Made by a program: the position numbers and the translations under genes. From the sequence record OW849071.1: 64,000 bases of DNA; one strand, 5' to 3'. The notes under the pieces were generated by a model, which worked only from the letters and a program-made list of their open reading frames with translations, made no database searches and was not told where the DNA came from. This DNA comes from a plasmid. Position 1 is the first letter of the stretch, and each line of letters starts with the position of its first letter. Of this stretch, positions 45,453-55,383 are shown one piece after another.

Positions 45453-47204
45453 TTAACTCATCAACTCTCTGAGCTTTTCAATACCGGCGGGCTCTGACGC
45501 CAGCACCGGAACAAGCGCTATACGGTCAGCATGCTGATTCTTAACAGCCTCAATCTGAGGCAGTTCCTGTTGAGCACGCTGACAAAGCAACGGAGAACGC
45601 GTATCCGCAATGGAAAGGCTGTTATTGATAATCCAGCCCCACGGATGAATCCCCGCTCTTTCAAGGTCAGCCTGCAGGTTTGCCGCTTCCAGCACCGGTG
45701 TGGTTTCAGGAAGCGTAACCAGCAGAACTTTGGTTCTATCCGGGTCCTGAAGCTGCATCATGGGGGTAGTAAAATGACCTTTACTCCCCATTTTTTTGGC
45801 AATCTCTCGGTGATAAGCCCCGGTCGCATCCAGCAACAGCAGCGTGTGTCCGGTAGGGGCGGTATCCATGACAACAAAGCGCTTACCCGCTTCACGAATC
45901 ACACGGGAGAAGGCCTGAAACACGGCAATTTCTTCAGTACAGGGAGAGCGTAAATCCTCTTCCAGTAACCGTTTCCCTGCTTCGTCCAGATCTCTTCCCT
46001 TCGTCTCAAGAACATGCTGGCGATAGCGTTCGGTTTCATCGTGAGGGTTGATGCGGCTGACCTGCAGGTTTTTGAGGCTGCCGTTCAGCGTTGTACTCAG
46101 GTGCGCAGCAGGATCAGAGGTCGTGAGATGCACGTCAAATCCCATGTCGGCCAGCCTGACGGCGATGGCGGCAGCCATCGTGGTTTTCCCTACACCACCT
46201 TTGCCCATCAGCATAATCAGGCCGTGTTCACTGCGAGCGATATCATCGACCAGGCCAGAGAGTGATAAGTTTTCAGGCGTGTACAGGATGTTCGTTACCG
46301 GGAGCGGTAATGCCTCAGAACGGGTAGCCAGCAGTCCCTTCAATGCTGAAACACCAACCATATTGACTGGCTGGAGTAACAGGGTATCTGTCGGTAGCTC
46401 AGATAAACCGGCAGGAAGATTTGCCAGTGCCTCCTGCTCACGTTGCCATATCGCCGCGGCCAGGGCGTCATGTTCAGCTTCGGCTTCAGGCAGCACACCA
46501 TTAATCACCAGATATTGATTTTTCAGGCCAATCTCAGCCAGTTCCTCATGAGTGCGGGCGACTTCCTGCAGCGTAGAATTTTGCAGTCGTGCAACCAGAA
46601 CCAAGCGGGTACGTTCAGGGTCGGATAACGCCTCTACCGCATGAGCATACTGCTCACGCTGCTTTTCCAGCCCGGCCATCGGGCCAAGACAGGAGGCACC
46701 ATCTGGATTGCTTTCAATAAAGCTACTCCAGGCACCAGGAAGCTGGAGAAGGCGAATCGTGTGGCCCGTCGGCGCGGTATCAAAAATGATGTGATCGAAA
46801 CGGGTCAGCAGGGAAGCGTCTGTCAATAAGCCGGTGAACTCATCAAACGCCGCAATCTCAGTGGTGCAGGCTCCTGAAAGCTGCTCGCTGATACTGTTAA
46901 CAACGTCATCAGGCAGAAGACCTTTGATAGGATCAACGATTCTGGCCCGATATTGCCGGGCGGCTTCCTGCGGGTCAATCTCCAGAGCAGAAAGCCCAGG
47001 AACTGCTGTCACAGGGCGAATCGTGTTACCGATAGCCAGATCGAATACCTGACCGACATTGGAGGCCGGGTCGGTACTGACCAGCAAAACCCGCTTACCC
47101 TGTTCGGCAAGGTGGATAGCCGTCGCGCAGGAAATGGAAGTTTTTCCTACACCACCCTTGCCAGTAAAAAACAGGTAAGGCGGGATATTCTGTAATAATT
47201 TCAT
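45453..47204 (-). CDS. arsA: ArsA arsenite-stimulated ATPase (intact)
   Basis: It has two homologous halves, each with GKGGVGKT and DTAPTGHT. The ATG at 47204 is preceded by an AGGAGG Shine-Dalgarno and gives 583 aa. Confidence 0.92.
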   Translation of the reverse strand: MKLLQNIPPYLFFTGKGGVGKTSISCATAIHLAEQGKRVLLVSTDPASNVGQVFDLAIGNTIRPVTAVPGLSALEIDPQEAARQYRARIVDPIKGLLPDDVVNSISEQLSGACTTEIAAFDEFTGLLTDASLLTRFDHIIFDTAPTGHTIRLLQLPGAWSSFIESNPDGASCLGPMAGLEKQREQYAHAVEALSDPERTRLVLVARLQNSTLQEVARTHEELAEIGLKNQYLVINGVLPEAEAEHDALAAAIWQREQEALANLPAGLSELPTDTLLLQPVNMVGVSALKGLLATRSEALPLPVTNILYTPENLSLSGLVDDIARSEHGLIMLMGKGGVGKTTMAAAIAVRLADMGFDVHLTTSDPAAHLSTTLNGSLKNLQVSRINPHDETERYRQHVLETKGRDLDEAGKRLLEEDLRSPCTEEIAVFQAFSRVIREAGKRFVVMDTAPTGHTLLLLDATGAYHREIAKKMGSKGHFTTPMMQLQDPDRTKVLLVTLPETTPVLEAANLQADLERAGIHPWGWIINNSLSIADTRSPLLCQRAQQELPQIEAVKNQHADRIALVPVLASEPAGIEKLRELMS

Positions 47205-47221
47205 ATGTCCTCCTGACATAT

Positions 47222-47584
47222 TCAGCAACAGGAAGTATTACCACCACAGCAACTGGTGGGAGCTAACCCTACCTTCTCCAGCGGAATACCGAACCAGCGA
47301 GCCAGCTCAGCGCGTTTTGGGTATCGCCCAGCCATCACCGTTTCGCCGTCCAGCAACAGCAGCGGAAGCCCTTCTGCGCCGGATGCATCGAGGAAGGCTT
47401 TCGCTTTCTCATTGTGAACAAAGCTCATGGGCTGCTGCGCCAGGTTGTAACGTTCAACCTGTACGCCACGTCCTTTCAGCCACTGCATATCAGCAGAAAA
47501 ATCAACCAGAACCTGATCGACATCTGAACCACATACACCGGTACTGCAGCACATTGCCGGGTCAAACACCGTTAACGTCTTCAT
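47222..47584 (-). CDS. arsD: ArsD metallochaperone/repressor
   Basis: MKTLTVFDPAMCCSTGVCG...SCCGGNTSCC, 120 aa. Confidence 0.9.
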   Translation of the reverse strand: MKTLTVFDPAMCCSTGVCGSDVDQVLVDFSADMQWLKGRGVQVERYNLAQQPMSFVHNEKAKAFLDASGAEGLPLLLLDGETVMAGRYPKRAELARWFGIPLEKVGLAPTSCCGGNTSCC

Positions 47585-47633
47585 TCTGAATACCTCATAC
47601 ATTCGAAAAAACACATATGTTCAGGCAAATTTT

Positions 47634-47984
47634 TTAGATGCAAACAGCCTTACCGCTACCAGAGCAGTTTGCCGATGCCAGCTTACGGGCGATGGCCTGT
47701 ACGTCGTCCTGTTGGCTTAACCAGGCCTGCTCAATCACCTGAGCAGCCCAGGAAGGAATATGCGGGGATAAGCGATAATGAACCCATTTCCCCTGCTTGC
47801 GATCCAGCAATAGACCGCTTTCCCGGAGCATTGCCAGATGACGGGAGATCTTGGGCTGGGACTCATCCAGCGCCGTGCAGAAATCGCAGACGCACAGTTC
47901 TCCCAGCTCCCTGAGCAGCAGGACAATACCCAGACGGGTTTCATCGGACAGGTTTTTGAAAAGCTTAAGGGCTGTAAGGGGCAT
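47634..47984 (-). CDS. arsR: ArsR repressor (R773 type)
   Basis: The 117 aa product carries the As(III) site ELCVCDFC and the HTH. Confidence 0.9.
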   Translation of the reverse strand: MPLTALKLFKNLSDETRLGIVLLLRELGELCVCDFCTALDESQPKISRHLAMLRESGLLLDRKQGKWVHYRLSPHIPSWAAQVIEQAWLSQQDDVQAIARKLASANCSGSGKAVCI

Positions 47985-48183
47985 TATTCCTCCTGTTCGG
48001 TTGCGTAAAGCATACGCCCGAAGACAAAAAAAACAACCATATATTCGGAAAATCGAATGTGTGAAAGTGTCAGATGACGCTGTCACGCTGGTATACGTCC
48101 ATTACTTTCCGGGGAAAATACATGTGTGTTACAGAGATCCGACTTAGCCAGAAATCGGATCTGCGCGGCGGGAAACCGGTAAG

Positions 48184-48300
48184 TGATATGATAATTAAGT
48201 CACACTCACAAAATCATACTTGATATGATATTTATCATTAACCGCATAATAATATCTGATATGATGTTTAAATGATGAATAACAAATCATATATAATATG
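48184..48300. repeat. Three tandem imperfect repeats of about 37 bp, each containing TGATATGAT...ATCAT, in the divergent arsR/orf intergenic region
   Basis: TGATATGAT occurs at 48184, 48221 and 48257, with a spacing of 37 and 36 bp. Each unit also carries an inverted ATCAT half-site. A degenerate fourth unit lies near 48296. Confidence 0.5.
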
Positions 48301-48341
48301 ATTTATCTTCTTTAATCACATAATCAGACGGAGCGTGCAGG

Positions 48342-48611
48342 ATGGATGAGAAAGTATTCTTTCACCTGAGTTATGAAACCATGCTTGGCGACACGGAAGA
48401 TTTTATTAACGCGTGTCTTGAACGGGCAAACCGTGCGGACTGCAATGATGCCGATGCGGAGATTGCCCGGGCACGCAGCGCGATCGAACTCTGGTACCAC
48501 CTGGCGATGGCGGGCCGTGCCCCGGAAGACGTCGCCGACAGGGACCATCTGCGCCTCACCGGAATGCTCCTGCGCGCTCCCACAGCAGAACAACGTTCAT
48601 GGCAGCAGTAA
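48342..48611 (+). CDS. Hypothetical protein (89 aa), first gene of a GC-rich three-gene operon
   Basis: It has balanced amino-acid composition, unlike the overlapping Arg/Pro-rich alternative frames. Its stop overlaps the start of the next gene. Confidence 0.5.
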   Translation: MDEKVFFHLSYETMLGDTEDFINACLERANRADCNDADAEIARARSAIELWYHLAMAGRAPEDVADRDHLRLTGMLLRAPTAEQRSWQQ

Positions 48612-49174
48612 CAACCTCCCGCAGGCCGTCGCCGCTGCAGCGACGGGTACTGATTGTGCTGGCCGCCCTCGATGCGAAACGTCCGGGGCCGGTGGCGACG
48701 CGGGATATCGAGCGGGTGCTGGAGCAGGGCGGGGACGCCCCGGTGTACGGACCGAACCTGCGCGCCTCCTGCCGGCGCATGGAAGCCGCGGGCTGGCTGC
48801 GCACCCTGCGCGCGCCGAACCTGCAGCTGGCCGTCGAGCTGACGGAGGCCGGTCGCGGCATTGCAGAACCGCTCTTCCAGGCAGAACGCGAGGCTGAAAC
48901 GGCACGACAACGACTGACCGACGTCCGGCGTCTGCCGTTACGCCAGACGGCTGCCGGTGACGCGGTGGAGCTGCAGCTGGGTGACGGCCATTACACCATC
49001 AGGGAAGCGGCCTACGTGATCCGTCTGGACGGTACCACCTGCCTGCAGCTGACGGATGCCGGCGGCATACGCCGGATAAAAGAGGGCGATCCCCTGCAGG
49101 TGGCCAGCTGGTATCAGGCCTGTTTTGATGCAGGCCTGCCGGTCATCGTTCAGGTGAATGAGAGCCGGGACTGA
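48599..49174 (+). CDS. Hypothetical protein (191 aa), possible N-terminal winged-helix DNA-binding fold
   Basis: LQRRVLIVLAALDAKRPGPVATRDIERVLEQGG resembles a PadR/MarR-like wHTH. The C-terminal domain is not recognised. Confidence 0.5.
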   Translation: MAAVTTSRRPSPLQRRVLIVLAALDAKRPGPVATRDIERVLEQGGDAPVYGPNLRASCRRMEAAGWLRTLRAPNLQLAVELTEAGRGIAEPLFQAEREAETARQRLTDVRRLPLRQTAAGDAVELQLGDGHYTIREAAYVIRLDGTTCLQLTDAGGIRRIKEGDPLQVASWYQACFDAGLPVIVQVNESRD

Positions 49175-49204
49175 TCGCCACCACACAAGGAACAGGAGCA
49201 TAAA

Positions 49205-49699
49205 ATGAAAGTCACTGAACCCGGACTGAATACGCTGATCGATAACCTGAACACCCTGATTTGTGAGGACAGCCTGCTCACGCGCCAGGAGCGTGAAACC
49301 CTGGTGCGGGCCGTGGCGGCCATCGGCGCCATGAAAGCACGCGTCAGCATGAAAAAAGGCGAAGCGCCGACCGTTGCCAGACGGGAAAAAAGGGAGAAAA
49401 AAGACCGCCAGCCTGATCCGCGTTTTCCGCGAGCCGGTCATCCCTGGCAGGAAGACGAAAAAACCTTACTGAGTGATGCGCTTGAACCGGTCCCGGATGA
49501 AGAGATCGGTACGCATCTTTTCTGGCTTTCCGAGAAACTGGGCAGAACGCCTTTCAGTGTTGCTTTCCAGATCGCGGCAATCAGGGAGCTGCAGGACGGC
49601 TGGGAGGAGCAGTTCAGGGAGATTTCGGATAAAATTCGCTTGTCCGGCCTGAGCATCAGTGATTATCTGAAGCAGAACGGCACGGGCCATAACGCCTGA
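49205..49699 (+). CDS. Hypothetical protein (164 aa) with a charged central linker
   Basis: It is co-directional with the previous gene, 30 bp downstream. No motif was recognised. Confidence 0.5.
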   Translation: MKVTEPGLNTLIDNLNTLICEDSLLTRQERETLVRAVAAIGAMKARVSMKKGEAPTVARREKREKKDRQPDPRFPRAGHPWQEDEKTLLSDALEPVPDEEIGTHLFWLSEKLGRTPFSVAFQIAAIRELQDGWEEQFREISDKIRLSGLSISDYLKQNGTGHNA

Positions 49700-49739
49700 A
49701 GAAATTTGCGTTACAGAAAAATTATATAACTGAGGGGCA

Positions 49740-50111
49740 GTGATGAAAACAGCGATATGGGTGGTGGTGTATTTCACGATGTGTTTTCTGCTTTTCACAG
49801 GCTGGATTTTCGCCTTTGCGCAGTATGCGCCCTATAACGGGCAGGAACACGCGTTTTCTCTGACGTATCTGCTTAATTTATTTTTTCTTCATGTAGTGAT
49901 GGTACCTTACTACGAGTTTTTTCAGACTGAAATATACAGCAATGTATTAATGAGTCTGGCAGATGAATCCGGTCAGATGATACGTTTTCATCACGTGGTA
50001 CCTGTTCTAGGGATATATAGTCTGTCCGCACTCTTAACTTTTGTAGGTTACATCATATATGCAAAATGGTTCACTCATAACCGGCTGAAAGGAAATCTTC
50101 TTCCAAAATGA
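49740..50111 (+). CDS. Hypothetical membrane protein (123 aa, about four TM segments)
   Basis: The ORF is AT-rich and hydrophobic. It lies directly upstream of the hha-like gene. Confidence 0.5.
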   Translation: MMKTAIWVVVYFTMCFLLFTGWIFAFAQYAPYNGQEHAFSLTYLLNLFFLHVVMVPYYEFFQTEIYSNVLMSLADESGQMIRFHHVVPVLGIYSLSALLTFVGYIIYAKWFTHNRLKGNLLPK

Positions 50112-50144
50112 AATTACCGGGACACCTCAGGATATAAAAAACCA

Positions 50145-50348
50145 ATGACGAAACAGGAATGGATTTTAAGACTACGCCGCTGTACATCTAAGGAAACTCT
50201 GGAAAGGATAATAGAAAAAAATAAATATTCCCTGACGGATGACGAACTTGAGCACTTTAATGCCGCAGTGGATCACCGGCTGGCGGAAATGGCAATGGGG
50301 AAGTTTTATGATAAAATTCCTGCAGGCGTCTGGAAATATGTTAAATAA
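50145..50348 (+). CDS. hha: Hha/YmoA-family nucleoid-associated modulator
   Basis: MTKQEWILRLRRCTSKETLERIIEKNKYSLTDDELEHFNAAVDHRLAEMAMGKFYDKIP aligns closely to Hha. Confidence 0.75.
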   Translation: MTKQEWILRLRRCTSKETLERIIEKNKYSLTDDELEHFNAAVDHRLAEMAMGKFYDKIPAGVWKYVK

Positions 50349-50396
50349 AACAGCCAGCATCAGTCTGTTCGCAGTTATCTCACCTGGAGCGCAATC

Positions 50397-50654
50397 ATGA
50401 ATATGATATTTGAACTGATTGGATTGTTACTTGTAGTCGGATGCGCATTCTTCACCACTTTTTTCTTAGCCGCAGTAGCAGGCACTATGGTAGTTATTTT
50501 TGGGTGGGGAATTTCTATTGTCACCCCGAAGTTGGTTACCTGTACTAATGATTGCATCACTACTGTTTTTGATGCCAAACCCTTTGGCTGGCTTCTGATT
50601 GTGTTTTCATTAACCATGATGTTCTTTATTATCAGAGGTATGATTAAACGTTAG
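50397..50654 (+). CDS. Hypothetical small membrane protein (85 aa, three TM segments)
   Basis: Hydrophobic ORF with a plausible start. Confidence 0.4.
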   Translation: MNMIFELIGLLLVVGCAFFTTFFLAAVAGTMVVIFGWGISIVTPKLVTCTNDCITTVFDAKPFGWLLIVFSLTMMFFIIRGMIKR

Positions 50655-50711
50655 ATTGCCTTTAGTGTGTAGTTAAATCATCATCATAACAGCGTTAATC
50701 TGAAACTGATA

Positions 50712-50984
50712 TTGCCGGAGGGGATCATCATGACGGGAAGAGGCATTAACACAGTACGTATCGGCGATGAAGTGAAGCACATCACCGAGCTCGATGCACT
50801 AACACTCATGCATGAATGGTCAAAGCTTAAAAAAGAAAATGCAGACCTGTATGACTATAACGGTCAGGTTAACCGGGGGTGGCGCGGCTTTATTCTTCGC
50901 ATGATGGGTATCCATTTGCCTGATAACGACCGTGTTCGTCTTCAGGGCATTAATGCCAGAAAAGACTCCATCTATCCAGAATGA
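50712..50984 (+). CDS. Hypothetical protein (about 85-90 aa)
   Basis: ORF only. No motif was recognised. Confidence 0.35.
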   Translation: MPEGIIMTGRGINTVRIGDEVKHITELDALTLMHEWSKLKKENADLYDYNGQVNRGWRGFILRMMGIHLPDNDRVRLQGINARKDSIYPE

Positions 50985-51090
50985 AGCCACGCCTGCAGCG
51001 ATAATGAGCTGACTATTGCAGAAGATCAGCCATCATCTTTCATTAAATGTATGATATTTAACATAAAACGCATTATCGGTACTTTGAAGT

Positions 51091-51150
51091 GTATAGCATT
51101 TGCTATACGTTCGTGTTGTGTTATTCTTGTATATCAATTGCTATACAAGA
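51091..51150. promoter_or_regulatory. Two palindromic operators upstream of the TA operon
   Basis: TATAGCATTTGCTATA is at 51093-51108. TGTATATCAATTGCTATACA is at 51128-51148. Confidence 0.4.
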
Positions 51151-51159
51151 GAGGTGTGT

Positions 51160-51896
<737 letters not shown>

Positions 51897-52091
51897 CTGG
51901 TTGCTGGAATGGGAAAGTAGCTGGTTACCGTCTTAACATATTGATTTTTATGTTATTTATTTTAATATTTAACATAATCTTTGTTATGCGCACCTGTATT
52001 GTCAGCACAAAGCGTTATTGTCGTCTCAGCACAATTCACACGCGTCGTGTACGCTAAGCCTTCATTTTGCTCAGCACAGGACCGCGATCTT

Positions 52092-53450
52092 ATGTTGGTG
52101 ACTATGACAGACAAAGAACTTTACCGGCTTGGCATCATTCAGCGAGTATTTGACCGGGCTTTGCTTCAGCGCGACGCAGCAGACATACTTAAGCTCAGTG
52201 TTCGTCAGGTGCAGCGTCTTGTGCGTCTGTACCGGACAGATGGCGCAACCGCATTTGCATCTTCCCGCCGTGGACGTCCTGCAAACAACCGGATCGATGA
52301 AGAAACACGCTGTAAAGCCCTGGATTTGATCCGGTGCCACTATTCAGATTTTGGCCCAACGCTCGCAACCGAAAAACTGGCTGAACGCCATCATATATAT
52401 CTCTCCGTTGAAACCATCCGTAACTGGATGACAGCCGACGGTCTCTGGCGTCCTCATTCCCGCCGGCGAACCCGGGTTTACCAGCCGCGCTATCGTCGCG
52501 ACTGTTTCGGCGAACTGGTTCAGATCGATGGCTCTCACCATGACTGGTTCGAAGGAAGAGCCCCAAAATGCTGTCTTCTGGTCTTCATGGATGACGCCAC
52601 AGGTCGCCTGATGCACCTGCGATTCTGTGATTCAGAAAACGCGTTTGACTACATGATGGCTACCCGGCAATACATTGATAAACATGGTAAACCTGTCGCA
52701 TTTTACAGCGACAAGCATGCGGTGTTCAGGGTCAGCGGACCCGAGAGCCGACGTACCGGCACAACCCAGTTCGGACGGGCTCTCCGGGAACTGGCGATCG
52801 AATTGATTTGTGCCAACAGCAGCCAGGCAAAAGGTCGCGTGGAACGGGTAAATAAAACGCTCCAGGATCGACTGATTAAAGAGATGCGCCTGCAGAACAT
52901 CAGCTCGGTTGCTGAAGCCAATCAGTGGATTGAACATTTCATGTCTGATTTTAACCGTCGTTTCTCCCGGCCGGCAAAATACCCTAAAGATCTGCACCGT
53001 GCGGTCACACAGAGTCCACTGGAGCTGAATGATATCTTCGCCTGGCAGGAGCTACGGACCTTATCGAAAGCACTGACTTTTCAGTATGATAAAGTCATGT
53101 ATATCATTGAACCCACCGAACAAAATACGCGCATAGCAGGTGAAAAAATTACCGTTTATGATTACCCTGACGGAAGCATTACTTTCCGGCATCAGCACCG
53201 GCCACTGGGTTATAAGATTTTCGATAAACTGACCTGCGTTGATCAGGGGGCGGTTGTTGATAACAAACGACTGGGTGCCGTTCTGAGGCTGGCACAGCAG
53301 AAACAGGACGAGCTGGAGGCTGAAGGAAAGCGAATGCGCAGTACAAAAATGCCCCGCAGGCGCGCTCAGGAGCGTGCACTGGAAGAGCTCAGGGCGATCA
53401 ACCCGGTGCTGGCCAGTCCGCAGGATTTTATCCCCAGCCTGAAGCGATGA
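52092..53450 (+). CDS. DDE transposase with N-terminal HTH and rve integrase core (IS481/ISNCY-IS1202-like)
   Basis: The HTH is LKLSVRQVQRLVRLYR. The DDE residues fall in QIDGSHHDW, FMDDATG and AKGRVERVNKTLQ. Confidence 0.7.
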   Translation: MLVTMTDKELYRLGIIQRVFDRALLQRDAADILKLSVRQVQRLVRLYRTDGATAFASSRRGRPANNRIDEETRCKALDLIRCHYSDFGPTLATEKLAERHHIYLSVETIRNWMTADGLWRPHSRRRTRVYQPRYRRDCFGELVQIDGSHHDWFEGRAPKCCLLVFMDDATGRLMHLRFCDSENAFDYMMATRQYIDKHGKPVAFYSDKHAVFRVSGPESRRTGTTQFGRALRELAIELICANSSQAKGRVERVNKTLQDRLIKEMRLQNISSVAEANQWIEHFMSDFNRRFSRPAKYPKDLHRAVTQSPLELNDIFAWQELRTLSKALTFQYDKVMYIIEPTEQNTRIAGEKITVYDYPDGSITFRHQHRPLGYKIFDKLTCVDQGAVVDNKRLGAVLRLAQQKQDELEAEGKRMRSTKMPRRRAQERALEELRAINPVLASPQDFIPSLKR

Positions 53451-53465
53451 GCCCTTCCCTCACCT

Positions 53466-53894
53466 GTGGATCTGATATGGCCGACAGATGAGAGAAAAAT
53501 GGACGACAACAAACCAGTGCTCCTGACACTTCACGAAGCGCTACGCCTGGATTTGATTGAAGCCTATATGGCGCGGGAAATCACGCTGGCAGAAGTGGCA
53601 GAGTCCATGGAGCTCACCCGTCGTCAGTGCTCCCGCCTGATTAAGCGCTATCGCGAGCTGGGGCCAGCCGGTCTGGTCAGCCGGCGCCGTGGAAAGCCCG
53701 GCAATCATCAGTTAAACACCACCATCAGAGATCAGGCACTGCAGCTTATTCGCTCACGCGGCCGGGGTATGAATCCGTCAGCCATCTGGCGAATTCTGAC
53801 CACAGAATACGGTGTCCGGATTTCAAAAGAGACCGTACGTAAACTGATGATAGCCGAGAAAACCTGGCAACCACGTTCTTCCTCCAAAGCCTGA
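53466..53894 (+). pseudogene. Truncated paralogous transposase (N-terminal HTH region only)
   Basis: It is 30-35% similar to the N-terminal 130 aa of the upstream transposase. It stops where the catalytic core should begin, next to the IS3 element. Confidence 0.5.
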
Positions 53895-54041
53895 CTCAAC
53901 CTTAAAAAGGCATTGTCCAGACTCTCCACTGACGTCAGGTCAGCTTTGTTTTCAGCACGACATTTCAACATTGGCTAGACATGTATTGTAGGGGCTCAAT
54001 GCTAATGTCTATTAGGGGGCTGCGGATGTTTTCCTGGACTG

Positions 54042-54767
54042 TTATGTTGTGATCCCAAGATGCTGCCGGTACTTCACAGGACTCATTGCACCTAATGATA
54101 GCTTGATACGTTTCTCGTTATACCAGCGTATGTACCTGTCCAGGAAGCAGATAAATTTTTCCAGCGTGATACCCGCCCAGTCTCTGCCATAGAACATTTC
54201 GTTTTTGATACGCCCGAAGAAGCCTTCACACGCAGCATTATCCGACGAGCATCCTTTGCGCGACATGGACCTTATAAGTCCGGAGGTGTTGATACGCTCG
54301 AGCCAGCCCGGCCACCGGTAATGGCCACCACGATCGCTGTGTATCACTGGTTTATCATGTTCGTTGAGCGTATCGAGTGCGTCATCGAGCATCGTATTCA
54401 CCAGCGTCGCGTCCGGGCGTGTTCCTATCGACCAGCTTACAACCAGGCCATCAAAGCAGTCGATAACCGGCGACAGATAGACTTTTCCAGCCGGAAGCTG
54501 GAACTCCGTAATATCGGTCAGCCACTTCTCATTTGGCCTGCAGGAACTAAAATCCCGGGCGAGTAAATTTTCCGGTGCCGGGCCGATTTCGCCACAGTAA
54601 GAGTTGTATCGTCGTCGCCTGGTGCGCTTAACAACGAGCTGCTCTTCTGCCATCAGTCTGCGGACAACCTTTTCAGAAATAACCCTGTTGTTACCGCGAA
54701 GCATCGCGTGAAGGCGCCGATAGTCGTAACAGCGGTAATTCTCCTCAAAGATATCGGCCATGATCAC
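54042..54767 (-). CDS. IS3-family transposase OrfB (rve DDE core)
   Basis: WLTDITEF...HSDRGGHY...SRKGCSSDNAACEGFFGRIK...LGAMSPVKYRQ. Confidence 0.8.
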   Translation of the reverse strand: MIMADIFEENYRCYDYRRLHAMLRGNNRVISEKVVRRLMAEEQLVVKRTRRRRYNSYCGEIGPAPENLLARDFSSCRPNEKWLTDITEFQLPAGKVYLSPVIDCFDGLVVSWSIGTRPDATLVNTMLDDALDTLNEHDKPVIHSDRGGHYRWPGWLERINTSGLIRSMSRKGCSSDNAACEGFFGRIKNEMFYGRDWAGITLEKFICFLDRYIRWYNEKRIKLSLGAMSPVKYRQHLGITT

Positions 54768-55270
54768 GCGTATTTCCGCATACTTATCGTACAGACGTTT
54801 TGGTAAAAATAACAGCTGCGGGCAAGTTGCAGAACGCTTAGCAACTCAGCAACGGGGTACTTTTTCTTAAGGGCATCAACTATCAGGGTTTTCTCCCTGT
54901 TTTTCAGTTTCAGAAAGCTGACGCCCAGATCTTTTTTTATCAGTTCATTCGCCTTTGTCAGTATGTCACGTTCGAGCTGCAGCTGATGAACCTGCTTCCT
55001 GAGACGCTGGATTTCACCGAGTAAAGCATCCTGATTTTTATCCTGAGGGGCTGACTTTCGTTTGCGCATGGATTGATAAGCCTCGTCACTGATAAGGTCT
55101 TTCTTCCATTTGTACAGGACCGGGACGCTGACGCCTATGCTTTGTGCAACTTTACGCGCGGTTCCACGTCGGTTACAGAGCTCCCGGACGGCCTGAGACC
55201 TCTCTTCCGGGCTGAAGCATTTGTTTCGTGGGGACTGAACCAGGCTTCGATGGCGGGCAGGAACTGCCAC
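54764..55270 (-). CDS. IS3-family transposase OrfA (HTH)
   Basis: ARKVAQSIGVSVPVLYKWKK plus a leucine zipper. The start is GTG. Confidence 0.75.
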   Translation of the reverse strand: MAVPARHRSLVQSPRNKCFSPEERSQAVRELCNRRGTARKVAQSIGVSVPVLYKWKKDLISDEAYQSMRKRKSAPQDKNQDALLGEIQRLRKQVHQLQLERDILTKANELIKKDLGVSFLKLKNREKTLIVDALKKKYPVAELLSVLQLARSCYFYQNVCTISMRKYA

Positions 55271-55383
55271 AGCAGCATGAGTGCGGCGATGCAGCCAGTG
55301 ATGACGAGCCAGCGCCGGATGAATCGATCCGGCTCCGGGCGGCTGTAGGGGTCGGGTAGGTCACGTCATTCTCCATGTTGAAA

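Larger units (their letters stand above)
53960..55383 (-). mobile_element. IS3-family insertion sequence (ends approximate)
   Basis: An orfA/orfB pair is present. The only terminal similarity found is TTTCAACAT at 53962 against the complement at 55375-55383, so the ends are not resolved. Confidence 0.45.

Noticed and set aside
44807-45472. A 221-aa plus-strand ORF overlapping arsB, and 156- and 140-aa ORFs overlapping arsA.
   Set aside because: They are antisense shadow frames of intact, well-recognised ars genes.
48371-48910. 179-aa (minus) and 174-aa (plus) ORFs overlapping the GC-rich hypothetical operon.
   Set aside because: They have extreme Arg/Pro/Ala/Gly composition and no start context. 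The balanced 89- and 191-aa frames are preferred.
53960-55383. Precise IS3-family element boundaries and its target duplication.
   Set aside because: Only a 9-bp terminal match was found, with no TG...CA ends. The ends are left approximate and not asserted.
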